64,000 nucleotides of DNA from NCBI GenBank assembly GCA_036785375.1, contig JAWMAR010000138.1, positions 310,001 through 374,000 on the forward strand, read 5' to 3'. This DNA is from Leucoraja ocellata (Eukaryota). Below are positions 23,166-37,409 of this stretch, piece by piece (within the stretch, counting starts at the first letter, position 1; every line of letters starts with the position of its first letter). The notes below the pieces were generated by a model. That model was not told the origin of the DNA. It did no database searches and saw only the letters and a program-made list of their open reading frames with translations. A program made the position numbers and the translations under genes.

Positions 23166-25122
23166 GTCTCTTACCAATGACTACATAGTCTTTGCACAAT
23201 GTGTGCAAACACCAAATGAAAATCTGATCCACCATGCTGCAACTATTTCACTTTCTTCTGTGTTTGTGCCAATTTACATTTGTGTCGTTATCCAATCACT
23301 AGAGGGAGCCGAACAATAGAAGCACCGATTTTCTTCAAGTCATCTTTAGGAGATTATGCAAAAGTGGTTTTATCACTCAGTTCTCATTTTTCCCTGTAAT
23401 TTTTCACACTTTCTCAAAATCACACAATGACAGTGTAACGGCAGAGCGCAGTGGAAGTCTGATCCCTGCATGTCCATACATCCCAGCTGTTAAAAAGTGC
23501 TTACTCTCTGTAAGTAATGCCAAGGGAAAACTAATGGCACATTAAAGTTGATTGCCAATCTCTTGAAAAAAATCACCTGATGGTTGATATTAACAGTCAA
23601 GTTTTCCAGTGCTGTGTTTTGATTGATAACCTGAAGAAGGAAGGAAGTCCATGGTGCAAGGGTGCAAGAGTAGGTGAAATGATGTGTCCACAAACCTGCT
23701 AATGTTTAACAACAATGGGTATGTCCCTTTGTGCTCAATGTCACTAGAGGGCACCTTCATCACTAGACACGTATCCTGGGTGGCCACATAGCCTGGCCAC
23801 CCATATCACAACGAGGATGAGCCAGGATGAAAAGTCACCAGAATAGAAATGTCTGCCCCCGCAGGAATCTTTCTAAAGGAGCCGTTTTCAAATATTTAGA
23901 GTCATGGAATCATTCAGCACAGCAACAGGCCCTTCGGCCCAACTGATTAATGCCAACCAGGTTTTAAAGCTAACCTAGTCCCATTTGCCTGCATTTGGCC
24001 CATATTTCTCCAAACCTTTCCTAATCATCTACCTATCTAAATGTTGTTTTAAACTTTGCCATTATACCTGCTTCTACCACTTTCTCTGGCAGCTTATTCC
24101 ATATACCACCCTGTGTGTTTAGCAATTGTCTCCCAGGCCTCAGAGTATTAAAGTATGACAGCACGGAAACTGGGCTTTGTCCCAACTTGTCCACGCTGAT
24201 TAATATACCGATATATGCTAGTCCCATTTGCCCACATTTCTCTCCAAACCTTTCTGAAACTAAAACTGAACACTGTCCACCAAATGTGGCCTCACCAACA
24301 TCTTGGGCAATTGTAACACAACATCCCAACTTCTATACTCAATACCCTGACTGATGAAGACAAATGTACCAAAAGCTTTCTTGACCATCCTATCTTTCTG
24401 TGATGGCACTTTCAGGGAACTATGTAACTGACCTCCTAGATACCTCTGCTCTGCTCTGCAACACTCCCCAAGGCCCTAACATTTACTTTAGCATTATCTG
24501 CAAACATTAATCATGCCTTGTACAGTTTGATCCAAATCACGGATATAAACCATAATCAGAAATGGGACAGTACTGATGCCTGAGGCACATAACTAATCAC
24601 AGGTCCCAGGTCCGAAAAACCAACCTTCCGCCATCAAGTAAAAACAAAGAACTGCAGATGCCGGGTTAAACACTCTGTCATATTCATAACACCCGATCTT
24701 CCACGTAGAAAACCATGCTGACTATCCCTCTATCCAAATACATATAGGCCGTAACCTTCAGAATCCTCTGCAATAACTTCCCTACCAAGAGATGTCAGGC
24801 TCCATTCTCTATAGTTTGCAGGCTTTTCCTTGCAGCCCTTCATAAATAGAAGCTCATTAGCCACACTACAGTCTTCCGGCACGTCATCCGTATCAAATGA
24901 TGATTCATAAATCTCAGCCAGGGCACCTGCGATATTTTTTCTCTAGGTTTCTACAGTGTCATTGGATATATCTGATTAGGCCCATAAGATTTATCCCTCT
25001 TCATATGCCCTAGGAAGTCCAGCACCTCCTTGCCCATAATACACGGACTGTTCTCAAGGCATCACCAAGTTTCCCAGTATTCATGTCTTTCTCTGCAGTA
25101 AAACAATATTAGAAATAAAGAG

Positions 25123-25345
25123 GGTACACAAAAATGCTGGAGAAACTCAGCGGGTGCAGCAGCATCTATGGTGCAAAGGAAATAGGTGACGTTTCGGGCC
25201 GAAACCCTTCTTCAGACTGATAGGGGGTGGGGAGAAGGAAGGAAGGAAAAAGGGAGGAGGAGGAGCCCGAGGGGGCGGGGAGATGGGAGGAGACAGCTCG
25301 AGGGATAAGGAAGGGGAGGAGACAGCAAGGGCTAGCAAATTTAAG
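25123..25345 (-). mobile_element. PLE-derived 3' repeat (variant subfamily) with pyrimidine-rich UTR
   Basis: Minus strand reads CTGAAGAAGGGTTTCGGCCCGAAACGTC...GATGCTGCTGCACCCGCTGAGTTTCTCCAGC; the same variant occurs at 29313-29430 and 57164-57262. Confidence 0.8.
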
Positions 25346-27435
25346 GGAAAGAGAAATAAAGAGGACCTTTCCCATCTCCTGTGGCTCCACATAGCGATCA
25401 TCACTTTGGTCTTGGGGGGACCTATTCTCTCTCTAGTTACCCCCTTTCCCTTAATGTCAATAAAATCTCTATGGACTGTTCTTAATATTATTGGCCAAAG
25501 CTATCTCCTACACCCTTTTTGCCCTCCTGATTTCCTTCTTAAGTATACTTCCATTAAGTCCTCCAGGAATGCACTTGATCCCAGCTGCCTATATCTGTCC
25601 CATCCCTCCATTTTCCTGACCAGAGCATCGATTTATCTCATCATCCAGGATTCCTTACTCCCATCTACCTTGCCTTTTACTCTAACAGGAACATAAATGC
25701 CCTGATCTCGTCAGAACATTTTTTTAAAGCATCCCACTTCCCAGATGTTACTTTGCCCGCAAACAACCTACTCCAATCAACATTAGTAAATTCCTACCTC
25801 ATACCTGTTATATTGTTACAATTGAAACTGGGTTGTAACATGCAAATTAAGTGCATGACGTAGTTAGATCCTGTGATCTAGATAGCGCACACAGTTGCAG
25901 AATGAGACATCTATAGAAGCCATTTTAATAGATTGAACTATTAAAAGAAAACTACGTCACAAAATTCTGTCTCTGATCATTATCTTGAAGATAGACTCAA
26001 GGCAACACAAAACATGACAACACCATCAAAGTCAACCTTGCCCCAAATCAGGATTTTAACGTGGGCCTGCCCTGTCTTTATCCATAACTACGTTTAATGC
26101 TAATATGACACTAGACTGGTCCCAAAAGGCTTGCCTATGGATACTTCGGTCATTTGCCCTTCAAATTTCATAACTGTAGATCCCTTGTAAGGCCCTCTAC
26201 ATATTGCCTGAGGAAACTTTTCTGAAGACATTTGACAAACTACACCCCGTCTAAGCCTTTTTCTACCATGACATTCCCAACCTATATTGGGAAAGTAAAA
26301 ATATCCTACTATAACAATCCCAGTCTGACTATCTGGGGGCCTACAGTACACTCCCTTTTGATTTATCAGGTCCACCCATATAGCTTCACAAAATGAACCA
26401 TCAGTAATGCCATCTTAGACTACTGCTATGACATTCTCCTTAATCAAAAAACAATACGCTTCCTCATTTACCCCCAGCTCTATCTTGCCTGTAGCACCTA
26501 TACCATGGATTATTAAACTGTCAGTCTTCTCCCTCTCATAGCTAGGCTTCCAAAATGGCTATGACATCCCAGTTGCACATACCCTCCATCTGAGTTCAGC
26601 CGCCTTGCCTGTCCGACCTTTCGCATTAAAATAAACTCAATTGAATCCAACATTCCTTCCTGCCAATTCACTGCCATACTCCTGCCTATCCTATCCACTG
26701 AACTTTCTTTTGTCACCTTCCATAAAGACCTTCCAGCCTCGCACCTTCCTCATGCCTGCATTGGATTCCTCCCCGCTGCCAGTTTAAACATAGTTTAAAC
26801 ATACAGAAGTAACAGTAGCAAACCTGGATATTGGTTCTCCTCCAGCTCAGGTGCAACCCATCCCCGGGGGTCACCATTGCCCCAGATGAGGGCCTAATGG
26901 TCCAAAAATCTGAATCCCGCACCAACTGTCCTAGCTTCCTCTTCTTACCCTCACCAGCACATGGCATTGGGAATAATCCAGAGATCACTTGCCTGGAAGT
27001 CCTGGTTTTCAATCTGTGGTCTAACATTCCATTTATTTCACAGAATCTCATCCCTTTCCCTACCCATGTCATTTGTGCCAACATGCACAATGACATCTGG
27101 CTGTTCACCTTCCCCTTGAGAATGTCGTGCAGCAACTCCAAGACATCCTGGTTCCTGGCACCAGCGTGACAACACCACATTCTGGAGTCTTGACTGCTGC
27201 CACAGAATCTTCTGTCTGTCCCCCTAACTAACGATTCTCCTACTACTATGCTCTACCTGACATTACCCTTCCCCACTGTGCCCAGAGCCAGGCTTGTTGC
27301 CACAGGCCTGCTTCTTACTGCTGTTCACCCCTGATGGGTCATCCTCCTTAATACTAACCAAAAGGGTAGACGTGTTTTGAAGAGTAATGGACGCAGGGAT
27401 CACCTGCACTCTCCGTCTACTCCCTTTCTTCATGG

Positions 27436-28443
27436 TAGCAATGTTACAAAATTTTGAGATTTTAAAAATCAAGTCTGTAATTTATCCCATCAGATAAAGC
27501 ATAAAAACATGTTTAATTTGACACCTAATTCACTTGCATATCTTCAGTATTAAAAAAAGTTATGGCCATTTTTATACTTGGAAATTAGCATCTTGTTCTC
27601 TATTGCTTTTCCATTGACTTAACACAAAAGCTGTGATTGAAGACAGTCAAATGGCCATAACTTTCTTAAAGATTAAGAGAAGTAAAATAAATTTTCAGTT
27701 ATTATAGATTGAAGCATTCTGAAACAAATATGAAACAATCTTACTTAGATGACTTGAAATTAAAGCATATAATTAGTTAGTTACCTAATTGTAGCTAATT
27801 ACAAAATTCAATTACTAGATCTAAACATCTATCAATTTCTTAAGAATAGACTGACATTTTTAAATAGCCCAAGGGTCCAAATAACATTCACACAAGAATT
27901 CACAACATAACATAATTTTTAAATCTCATTGTCATGGATTTATAGGCCAAATGGAAGGAATTTAATGTTTAATACTTGTAAATTAATGGCCATTTAAATC
28001 AACTTGCCTATGGGTTTTTCTGGAACGCGACCATTTGGAACGTTGCGGTTTGCAGTGATTTAGATCCCCATATCTGCAAGCCGGTTGGTATGGGGACTAA
28101 ATCACCGTTTCGCAACTTAAAATGTGAACTAAAGGCATCTTAAGGACCACATTTATACATAAAAATAAACCGCTTTCTTTTACCTGCAACCTATATGAAA
28201 TCCGTCCCCGTTGTCAGCGTTGACGGCTTTAGAAGCTGATTTTAAATTGACTCCAGCGCTGAACGAGTCGGGCGATTTAAAAAAAAAAATAGACAGAACG
28301 CCCGTCGGAACGATTCTTCAGCAAAAGCTTGCATTCCAACCAAATATAATCCAGGACAAGGTAAGAAAAAAAATGCGCCAAAATCGCGCACATGGCCAGT
28401 GGCAGAATTGCAGCCCCGCTGAAGGCAAGTATTGTAACACCTA
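27436..28443. mobile_element. Non-autonomous DNA transposon, hAT-like
   Basis: Imperfect TIRs TAGCAATGTTACAA / TTGTAACACCTA. Degenerate ~8-bp duplication TTCATGGT/CTCATGAT. AT-rich non-coding body that interrupts the CR1 ORF1 region. Confidence 0.55.
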
Positions 28444-28894
28444 CTCATGATCACCCACCAACTCTCTTCCTGTACCTTAAGCATGACTACTCCATTCAAC
28501 TCCGATCTATCAAGCTCTCATTCACCTGAACATCCCAGCCGCAGTTCCAGTTCCCCAATGAAGTTTGTCAGGAACAGCATCGGCAGAGCCATTCGGGGTC
28601 ACCAGCAGTTTCTCTGACATCCCACATCCTGCAGGAGGAACACTGTACCATCCTATCCGAGGGAGTAGGATAGGGATAGATGGAAATCAGGGTAAGATTG
28701 AAGATTGATTCCATTAGCCACAATTTGAAATCAGTGGAGCCAGACAGCAAGTCTGACATTTCCCTCAGTGTGGGAATGTACCTAAGATCCATTATCTTAA
28801 CCACAGCCCACAGAACTCTTGGCTCCACTGCAATGTGCAGCTGCTGGCATTTTGCTTGTTCTCTGTATATTCAGGAACACAATTTCAGCTATGA

Positions 28895-29200
28895 TTTAGC
28901 TGCAGCACTCAGTCTCTTGGTCAAGACATTGTGGTTTCAAGCCCCACTCTAGCCAGGCTGGAACACCAGTCTGCGTAGGGAAATAATCTGCTTTTGGAGT
29001 TGCTATTGTTCAGATAAGATGTTAAATGTAGTCTTTGCTCGATCTCTCAGCTGTCAGGTTAGTTCCTGTAATATTTTTAGGAGGAGAACACAGAGTTCTT
29101 GGTGGATCTAGCCAACATTTATTTATTCCTCACAGTTTACCTACTCATGATTCACTGATGATTGTGCAACTGCAAATTGACTGTTGGATTTCCTACTTTA
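28895..29200 (+). mobile_element. Old Deu-domain SINE (SacSINE1/AmnSINE1-like)
   Basis: B-box-like GGTTTCAAGCCCCACTC followed by CAGATAAGATGTTAAA...GAGGAGAACAC.GAGTTCT..TAGCCAACATTTAT...GCAAATTGACTG, resembling the Deu-SINE core from memory. Confidence 0.6.
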
Positions 29201-31896
29201 AATGAATGAGGACATTTCATAACGCACCTCAAGACCTACCGGGGGTGTGAAAAGCACTGAATAAAATACATTTTGTTTTAATGTCTTTAAGCCTGAAATG
29301 AAAATAAAAGAAGTCTGAAGAAGGGTTTCGGCTATTTCCTTCGCTCCATAGATGCTGTTGCACCCGCTGAATTTCTCCAGTATTTTTGTGTACCTTCGAT
29401 TTTCCAACATCTGCAGTTCCTTCTTAAACACAAAAGAATTCTGTGTCTCTATCAAACATTTTGCGCTTCACCTTCAGTAAGTTAGCCCTGTGACCATCAC
29501 AGCATGATAGTTTGGACCCAGAGCTTCTCAGCTAATCAGCAGTCCTTCCAGCGCACTGCTAGTCACCGCACAGATGAGGAGGAAAGGCCAAGGATTTTTG
29601 TACTCCAGGCATCAAGGGAGAAGATTTTAAGACTCTCTTCATAGATTTTCAAGAGCAGCCAAAATAAAATCCTATTAAGGATTTCAGATGGAGCGCCTTG
29701 GAGACTTTTTATTGGAGACCAATTAGATTAAGCAGGTCAAACAAAGCTTAGCTTGCTGATGATGCTTTAAAAGTAATTGAACAGATTCCAAAGTACAATG
29801 TAATAAAGTTCATACAATTCCTTTTCCAATCTTGTAGATAGAGGTGTTTTATTAGTTTTTGACTTTTGTGAAGCAATAAATCTCGTGGTGCTCAGGGCTG
29901 GTATTTCAATTTTCAAATCTTTCTGGATGGGGGATTCCTTGACATTGTTGGCTGCTGGCTTTCAGAAGATATCATCACGCACAAATTACTGTCATCAGAG
30001 GAAATAATTTCAGCTCAGAAGCACACGCTGAGTGGGAGGAGGGACTGCTTTGAATTGGCTGAATGAGTTTTTGAATGATCTGAGGATACCACCAGAACTC
30101 CTTTAAAATAGTTTTCCAGATTTCTTGTCTGCAACACATAGTTTCAGGGACTCTAGGAGCATGTAAACTCAGAAACAGGAGCAGAGGTGGCTCATTGAGT
30201 CCAGGGGTGGTCCAGGCTCCAACATTCAATAAGATCATGGTTACTCCTTAACCTTAACTCCACTTTCTTGCTAATCCCTATATTCGGATCCCTGATTCTT
30301 CTGACAGAATATTTCTTGATAGGGTGCGTGCCCTTACCAGTCAGTGCAGGAGAAAGGTCACTTAACTGAGATGAGGAGAAATTATTCACTGTAGGTTGTG
30401 ATGCTTTGGAATTCTCTGGCCAAGGACTCTGGATTTTTAATTGCTGCAGACTTTCGATTTTCTAATTGTGATCTCTCCTAGTTCCCTTCTTTGTTCAATC
30501 CCTCTTCAAATAACAATCCCTATAATTTTTTTTAGACAAGGAGATCAAAAATATGTGTTCCCACTGCAGGCCTGTACAATTGCAGCAAGACTTAGTCTGT
30601 CAATCACTCCCTTTGCATTAAAGACCAAAATAACATTTTCCATTCTAATTCTAATTCTGATTGACTTGCATATTATCTCTCGGCATTTGTACACCAGTGT
30701 ACTCAGATGCCTTGGAACACCAGTGTTTAATATTTGATGCCCTTGAATGCCACCATTTAAAAAACCATTCTGTTTTCTTGTTTACATATCAAAGTGATTA
30801 ATATCCCATGTTCATAGATTAGACTGTCAGCTTTTTGAAACCTTTCCAGGAAAATTAGTTAGAAGGGTCCCGACATGAAATGTTGCATATGCATGTTCTC
30901 CAGAGATGCTGTCTGACCCACTGAGTTATTCCAGCACTTGTGGTTTACAACATCTGCAATTCCATGTGTCTCAAAGCTAGTTCTATCATAGCATAGCCAG
31001 GACATGAACAAAGGTTCCGTACAGTACACTGAGAATCCACATGGACCAACATTCTCTAACAATCTACAAATATTAAATCTGGATATTGTTTACTTCTTCT
31101 TAGGAAGTGCAAACAGTAGCCTGCGGCGATGAAACTGCATCACTTGGGCAGAGATGCCAAGGCACTTCCAATGATTTAAACCAAAGCAAAACAAAAAGCC
31201 TGTGCCTGCTGCCAATCAGAAACAAGCTAGAAACACTCGGTAACTCGGTCAACATCTTTAAAAACATTGAGACTTCAGTGTTTAACTGGAATGAAATCCT
31301 AGGTTCAGTCACCACTCCTAAGACAGATGGGGGATGGAATGAGTAAGGCATAAAGGTGAGAACTATTATGAAAAAAAGAAACATGCATTAAACTGAATAC
31401 GACCAAGCAACAAATATAATCTCTGCCGCAATTCCAGACTTTAGTTTCCAGTGTTGGACACATTTATTGTGAACTGTGCTTCAGTGTGACTTATAGTTTG
31501 AAAAAAATAATTTCTGAATGGGATTGCAATTAGTCTGCATTTTTCACTCAATGACTTATCGTTTCTCCATATGTGCTGCTGGTCACACTTGTCCCCCGCT
31601 GCTGCTGAATGAATCACAGAGCCATGACCAGGGGGTCTGAGAGGAAGCTGAGGCCAGACGGACGATCTTCCCAGCTTGAAGAAAACGTGTACTTTTTGGG
31701 TGTTTTGTAAATGGAAAACAAATCAGTCTGATTGCAGAGAAATCCAGTAACTATCCAGAGTTATAAAGCAAAAAGAGCCACCCCAAGCAGAAAAAACAGG
31801 AAATTCTGCATTTATTATTCCTAGCTGGCATTCTGCTTTGTCATGTGATGAGATAAATTTCAGTTTTCAGATTGAATTCCAATAAGCATTAAGTCA

Positions 31897-32050
31897 GAAG
31901 ATAGACACAAAATGCTGGAGTAACTCAGCGGGCCAGGCAGCATATCTGGAGAAAAGGAAAAGGTTCTCCGGAGATGCTGCCTGAGCCGCTGAATTACTTC
32001 AGCATTCTGTGTCCATCTCCAGTGTAACTGGCATCTGCAGTTCTTTCCGA
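31897..32050. mobile_element. PLE-derived inverted pair with the central core deleted
   Basis: AGACACAAAATGCTGGAGTAACTCAGCGG...TCTCCGGAGATGCTGCCTGAGCCGCTGAATTAC. Confidence 0.75.
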
Positions 32051-32252
32051 AGCATCAAAGAAAAATGATTTCTAGATAATTACAAATTAGCCTATTTGGA
32101 AACTGTTGGTGTGATTTGGAGTCTTTGATAATTAATAAAAATGATATCCTCTCCAGGGAGATGAATTGACCAGGTCAACTGGTTTCAGCACCATCTAGCA
32201 ACTGCAACTATCAGCTCTCAGGGTCGAGTTATACAAATGTTTCTCAATTTAC

Positions 32253-32324
32253 TGCTGATTGCATTAATCCATTCAGAAAGATCTTATTAATGCTGATTGC
32301 ATTTATCCATTCAGAAAGATCTTA
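32253..32324. repeat. Tandem duplication, 38-bp period, 2 copies
   Basis: TGCTGATTGCATT(A/T)ATCCATTCAGAAAGATCTTA twice. Confidence 0.9.
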
Positions 32325-33133
32325 AAGTCGTCCATTGTAACATTTGTGCTTAAGCAATCCTTAAATGTCAATTACATTACTCTGTCCAAGAGTTTATTCT
32401 TGATCACCTTTAATGTGTGTAAAAAATACTTGACAATGATATAAATCTAACACTGGAAGAAAGAGGGAAAAACGTCTCGAATCATATATATATATATATA
32501 GTCATAGTCACTGATATGTGGCAGCTGAGGGAAGGAGAAAGATGGTGGGTGAGAATGGAAATATCAGTCAAGGTAGCAAAAATACAGTTGCCTCCAACAT
32601 TGCATTTGTTCTCCTATTTTCCTGTGATCCTGCCCACAGGAATAGAACTTCTTTCTTTACTGCAGTTTGTCTGTTGCTACAGTTACAAAAGCTAAACATT
32701 CCTGAAGCGAAAACAACTGATATCGCATGTCATATTTATGATAACATCACTTTCAAGACTATCACAGTGAAGGAAATTATATTCATACATGCCTATGGAA
32801 CTCAAACAAATCTTCTACTTTGGCAACAATTTGTTGAAAAGTTCAAGGATTTATGCAAGATACCATTATTTTTCAATAAATTGAATCAACTATGTGGAAA
32901 TGTCAAGCTTTCTTCACATTGAAGACGTCAGGAGTAATAGAAAACAGAAAATGCTGAAAATACAAGTAAATCAGGCATCGTCTGTGGAGAGTTAACATTT
33001 TAGATCAATGATCTTACATCAGAGCAGAGAAGAGTTAGAAATCAAATATGCTGTAAATGACAGTGAAGGAGGAAGGGAGGAGACTCAATGACACAAGTGG
33101 TAGCTGCGGAGACTGGTGAAACCAGCAATGTAA

Positions 33134-33480
33134 TGGACCTGATCCACTTACGCAACTTTTTCGGTGACTGCCGGCACCCGTCATAGGTCGTCGCAGGTCG
33201 CCGAAAATGTTCAACATGTTGAAAATCCAGCGGCGACCAGAACAAGGTACGACTCTTTAGGCAACTACTCACAACCATACAGACTTCACCCCGCACGTCG
33301 CCTTCACGTCGCCAGGGTATCGTCTGTATGGTCGTGAGTCGTCTTCTCAGCCGTCCAAAGAGTCATAGCGTCTTTCTGGTCATCGCTGAATTTTCGACGT
33401 TGAAAATTTTCGCCAACCTGCAACGACCTATGACGGGTGCCGGAAGTCGGCGTAAAAGTCGTGTAAGTGGGACAGGCCCA
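33134..33480. mobile_element. PIF/Harbinger-type MITE with long TIRs
   Basis: Imperfect TIRs of more than 100 bp ending AAGTGGGACAGGCCCA; TAA duplication at 33131-33133 and 33481-33483. Confidence 0.85.
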
Positions 33481-33639
33481 TAAGTTTATTAAGATTTGTC
33501 AGAAGATAAGATATGGCAAAGAATGGTGAGAAAAATTACTGCAAAACATTTCAGGTGCTGGAAGTTTGAAATGAAAAAATAAAACTGGAAATGTTAATAA
33601 GCAGGTCAGGCCGCACATTTGGAGTGTGAATAATGGTCT

Positions 33640-34420
33640 GGTATTGTTATTAGTATCGGTTTATTATGGTGACCTGTGCCCAGGCACAGCAAAAATCTTT
33701 TGTTTGTGTGCTATTCAATTGAATCAAAACATTCTATACAAAAGTACCATTAAGGAATACCAGGCAATGCAAAAAGAAAAATAGAATGCAAAGTATAGTT
33801 GCACAACTTTGTAGTGTTACAGCTACAGAAAAAAAGTCCAGCGTGCAAAATCAAGGTAGATTGTAAGATTTAGCTTGAGAGGACCATTCATTACTCTGAT
33901 CACTGACGAGATGTAGCTGCTCCTGAGTTTGTTGGTACATGCCTTCAAGCTTTTGATGGGAGAGGAAAGAAGGAGTGACTGGGATGGAAAAGGTCCTTGG
34001 TTATATTGAAAAAAAGACACAAAATTGCTGGAGTAACTCAATGGCTGAGGCAGCATCTCTGGAAAACATCAATAAATGACCCTTCGATTCCGAAGAGTTC
34101 CAATCTGAAACGTCACCTATCCATGTTCTCCAGAGATGCAGCCTGACTCGCTGAGTTACTCCAGTACTCTGTTTTTTTTTTGTAAACTAGCATCTGCAGT
34201 TCCTTGTATCCACATCCTTGATTATGTTGATTACTTTCGCAAGACAGCGTGAAGTGAAGATGGAGTTGATGGTGAGGAGTTTGGTCTGTGTGATGGACTG
34301 TGCTGCATCTGCAGCTGTGTACTTCCGTGCAGTCTTGGACAGAGCTGTTCTCAAAGCAAGCTGTGATGCAACCTATTAGTTTCCTGAAGAGGCAGAGGCA
34401 TTATTGTGCTTCTTTGGCCA
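33640..34420 (-). mobile_element. Rex/Babar-like LINE 3' remnant interrupted by a PLE inverted pair (34014-34212)
   Basis: Minus-strand LKACTNKLRSSY.SSVIR.MN resembles the C-terminus of the 37734..38330 protein. Confidence 0.55.
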
Positions 34421-34924
34421 CCTAAGTTTATGGGTTGATGACATTTTATCATAACTGTCCAGTTCTGATGCAAAATGGAAAGGCTACATCTGTAATTCTC
34501 AAATTCAGCATTGAATCCAGTGCCACTTTGAACTACATCCTCCCCCCTCCTTTAACCCCCATCACCCTCTCCCCTGTTCACCACCCATACTCACACCGAT
34601 TTCTCTTCCCTACCTCCTCTTTTAAATACATCCCTTCACAATTTGCAACTCTCCAATCCTTTTGTCACACCTTCTGCCATTTCACCTCTGTCCTTTGTAC
34701 ATCCACCTGCCCATAACCACCCCCACCCCCTCACCCCCGCTCACCTGTGTCCACCTCTTACCTGCCAGGCTTTTTACAGTTCATCTTCTCTTCCTGCTAT
34801 CTTTACCCTCCTTACAATGAGTCTGAAAAAGGGTCCCGGCCCGAAATGTTACCTATTCATGTTCTCCAAAGTTGCTGCCTGACCCGCTGAGTTATTCCAG
34901 CACTTTGTGCCATTTTCATGTTCA

Positions 34925-36180
34925 AACGTACTTGGAGCAAAATGGGGCCATTCAGCCCATCAAGTTTATTCTGTCATTCAATCTTGGCTGATCTATCTTT
35001 CCCTCTCAACCTCATTCTCCTGACCTTTCCCCGTAACCCCTGACACCCTTACTAATCCATTTTGATTACATTCTTCAGTTTATACTACACGTGTGTACTG
35101 TTGTGTCCAGGTACATAACTAGAAGCAGCAGCAACTCTGATGTACTAAGAAGAGCAAATAAAGTTATATGTACAATGTCTACAACTCTGCCCTCATCAAC
35201 TTTTTTGGTAACATCTACAAAAATCAGATTCATGAGACACAATCTCCCCTGTACAAAACCATGCGGACTATCCTCAATCAGCCTTGTACATCTAAATGTC
35301 CATCTTATCTCTCAGAATACTCCCTGGTAACTTTCCGACCAAAATGTTAGTCTCACTGGTCTATAGTTCCCAGGGTTTTCCTTGCAGCCCTCTTAAATAG
35401 AGGCATAATATTTGCCACCCTCCAGCCTGCTGGCACATTACCTGTGCCATAATGATGACATAAATCTCAGCCAGAGTAACTGCAGTTTCTGCAGTTTCCT
35501 CTCTAGCTTCCCACAGTGTCCTCAGAGATATCTGGTCAGGCCCGGGATATTTGTCTACCTTCATATGAGATAGGACCTTCAGCACCTCCTTATCCATAAT
35601 GCTGACTGCCCTCAAGACTCTTCTATTGACTGCACCAAGTTCCCCGGTCTTTAAGTCTTTCTCCGCAGTAAAAACAGAGGAGAAATACTTATTGACAACT
35701 CTTATTGACAAATTTTTCCTCTCTTTAACCTCTTTCCCTTAATGTAATCTCTTTAGGTTATCCTGTTATCCAGAGCTATCTCCTGCTGCACGTTTGCCAT
35801 CCTGATTTCTTTTCTCGCATGCTTCTCAGTTCCTGAAACACCTCCAGGGATCCACTTGATCCCAACTGCCTATATCTGCCCCATGTCTCCTTCTTATACT
35901 TGACCAGAGCCTCAATTTCTCTCATCATCCAAGTTTCCTTACGTTGACCTGCTTTGCCCTTCACTCTAATAGGAACATGCATACCCTGAATTCTTCTAGC
36001 CACACTTTTAAATACTTCCAACTTTTCCTGCAAACATCCTGCTCCAATTAACTTGAACAAATTCCTGTCAAATACCTTCATAGTTGGCCTTGCCCCAATT
36101 TAGAATTTTAACTTACAGGCCGGCCCTGCCTTTATCCATAAATATCTTATAGCTAATAGAACAGTGGTCGCTCATCCACA
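34925..36180 (-). mobile_element. CR1 LINE ORF2 fragments
   Basis: NKYFSSVFT.E...VLKVL...KVDK.PGPD.I..R.L.E is CR1 ORF2 sequence. Confidence 0.8.
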
Positions 36181-36599
36181 AATACTTCATCCAGAAGACA
36201 CGTACATAGTGCTGGAGTAACTTAGCGGGTCAAGCAGCATCTTTGGAGAAAATGGAGTATGACGTGCCGGGTCGGGACCCTTCTTCTGCCTGAAATTAGG
36301 GCGAAAGGAACTGGAGGAAAGGAAAGGCCAGAACAAAGCAGGGCCAACAACAGATGACCAAGGATTGGTGGAGCCTATAATGGCCCATTGCTGGCTGGGG
36401 AAGAAGGGATAATGAAGGGATTCAAGGATGCAAACAGTGAAACTAGTTCCTCCATCTGCCCCTCCCAGTTTCCCAAGACTAGATCAAGCTAGATAAAGAT
36501 GAAGTAGTAGCCCTCTTTTGTGTAGTGCCCTCTGCATAATGCCTGAGGAAAATTTCCTCCACACATTTGACAAATCTTGCCCAATATAAACCCATCCAT

Positions 36600-36845
36600 T
36601 ACTTGGACACAGGTTATACGTTATCTCACTTTTGCATCCAAAACATGAGGGGCAATTTACAAAAGCCAATTAGCCAATTAGCCTACAAACTTGCGCGCCT
36701 TGGAATGTGGGAGGAAACAAGAGCACCCAGAAAACCCGCCACACGGTCACAAGGAGAAGGTACAAACAAGACACAAATGGCTCGGATCGAACCTGGGTCT
36801 TTGGCTGTGTGAGGAAACAGCTCTACTGCTGTGCCATCGTGCCAT
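36600..36845 (-). mobile_element. HE1-like V-SINE (degenerate)
   Basis: GGATCGAACCTGGGTCT and GGAATGTGGGAGGAAAC are reverse-strand SINE motifs. Confidence 0.7.
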
Positions 36846-37409
36846 ATTTTAAATATAAAATATATGATATGAATGCCTTCAATTTAGACTGCATTATACC
36901 GCAGAGTAAAATGTATCAATTTTTTCCACTTAAAAGAACTTTGTCCACCCTATTGCTCAGAAGCACAATGGGATGAGAAGACAAAACCTATGCTAACCTT
37001 GTTTTTAAGCAAGAAATCATGACTTTTATCTGGTTCATTTTCAGTTTGCCTTTCATCTTTGCCCTTTTGTTCTTTCCTGCCCTGCCTTTGCTCTTAACAA
37101 AACATGTTTGGAGCTAAATCAGATATCACAGAACAACAAGCATGGAACCATGAACTCACATCCATTCATGCTATGCACTAAATCTGTGCTGCCTGCCAGG
37201 AATCATGATTTCAGCATCCAACTATAGATAAGTGCTGTTTAGTAGCTTAAGGAATCAACAGGGGATCTACTTTTATGACTGACCAGCATCAGGCGAAATG
37301 CTTAAAGCCAGCTCACAACTCTGCAACTTATGTTGTAAGTGATTGAAGTTGGGGAAAAGCATGACACAACATCAAAGATGTCGGAATACAATACTGACGG
37401 CATTAGTAG

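Larger units (their letters stand above)
23898..28665 (-). mobile_element. Degenerate, internally deleted near-full-length CR1 LINE with nested insertions
   Basis: From the 5' end: ORF1 zinc-finger remnant VQCSSCRMW (~28620-28650), esterase remnant GAR.QDV.E.L..IL (~27110-27170), endonuclease remnant GVY.RPP...IVGYF.FPNI.W (~26270-26360), then RT/C-terminal pieces and the 3' tail near 23900. Confidence 0.75.

Noticed and set aside
29470-29640. Short open stretch that could be an exon (also 31560-31700 and 32518-32922)
   Set aside because: No homology recognised and no clear splice signals; RNA-seq would be needed.
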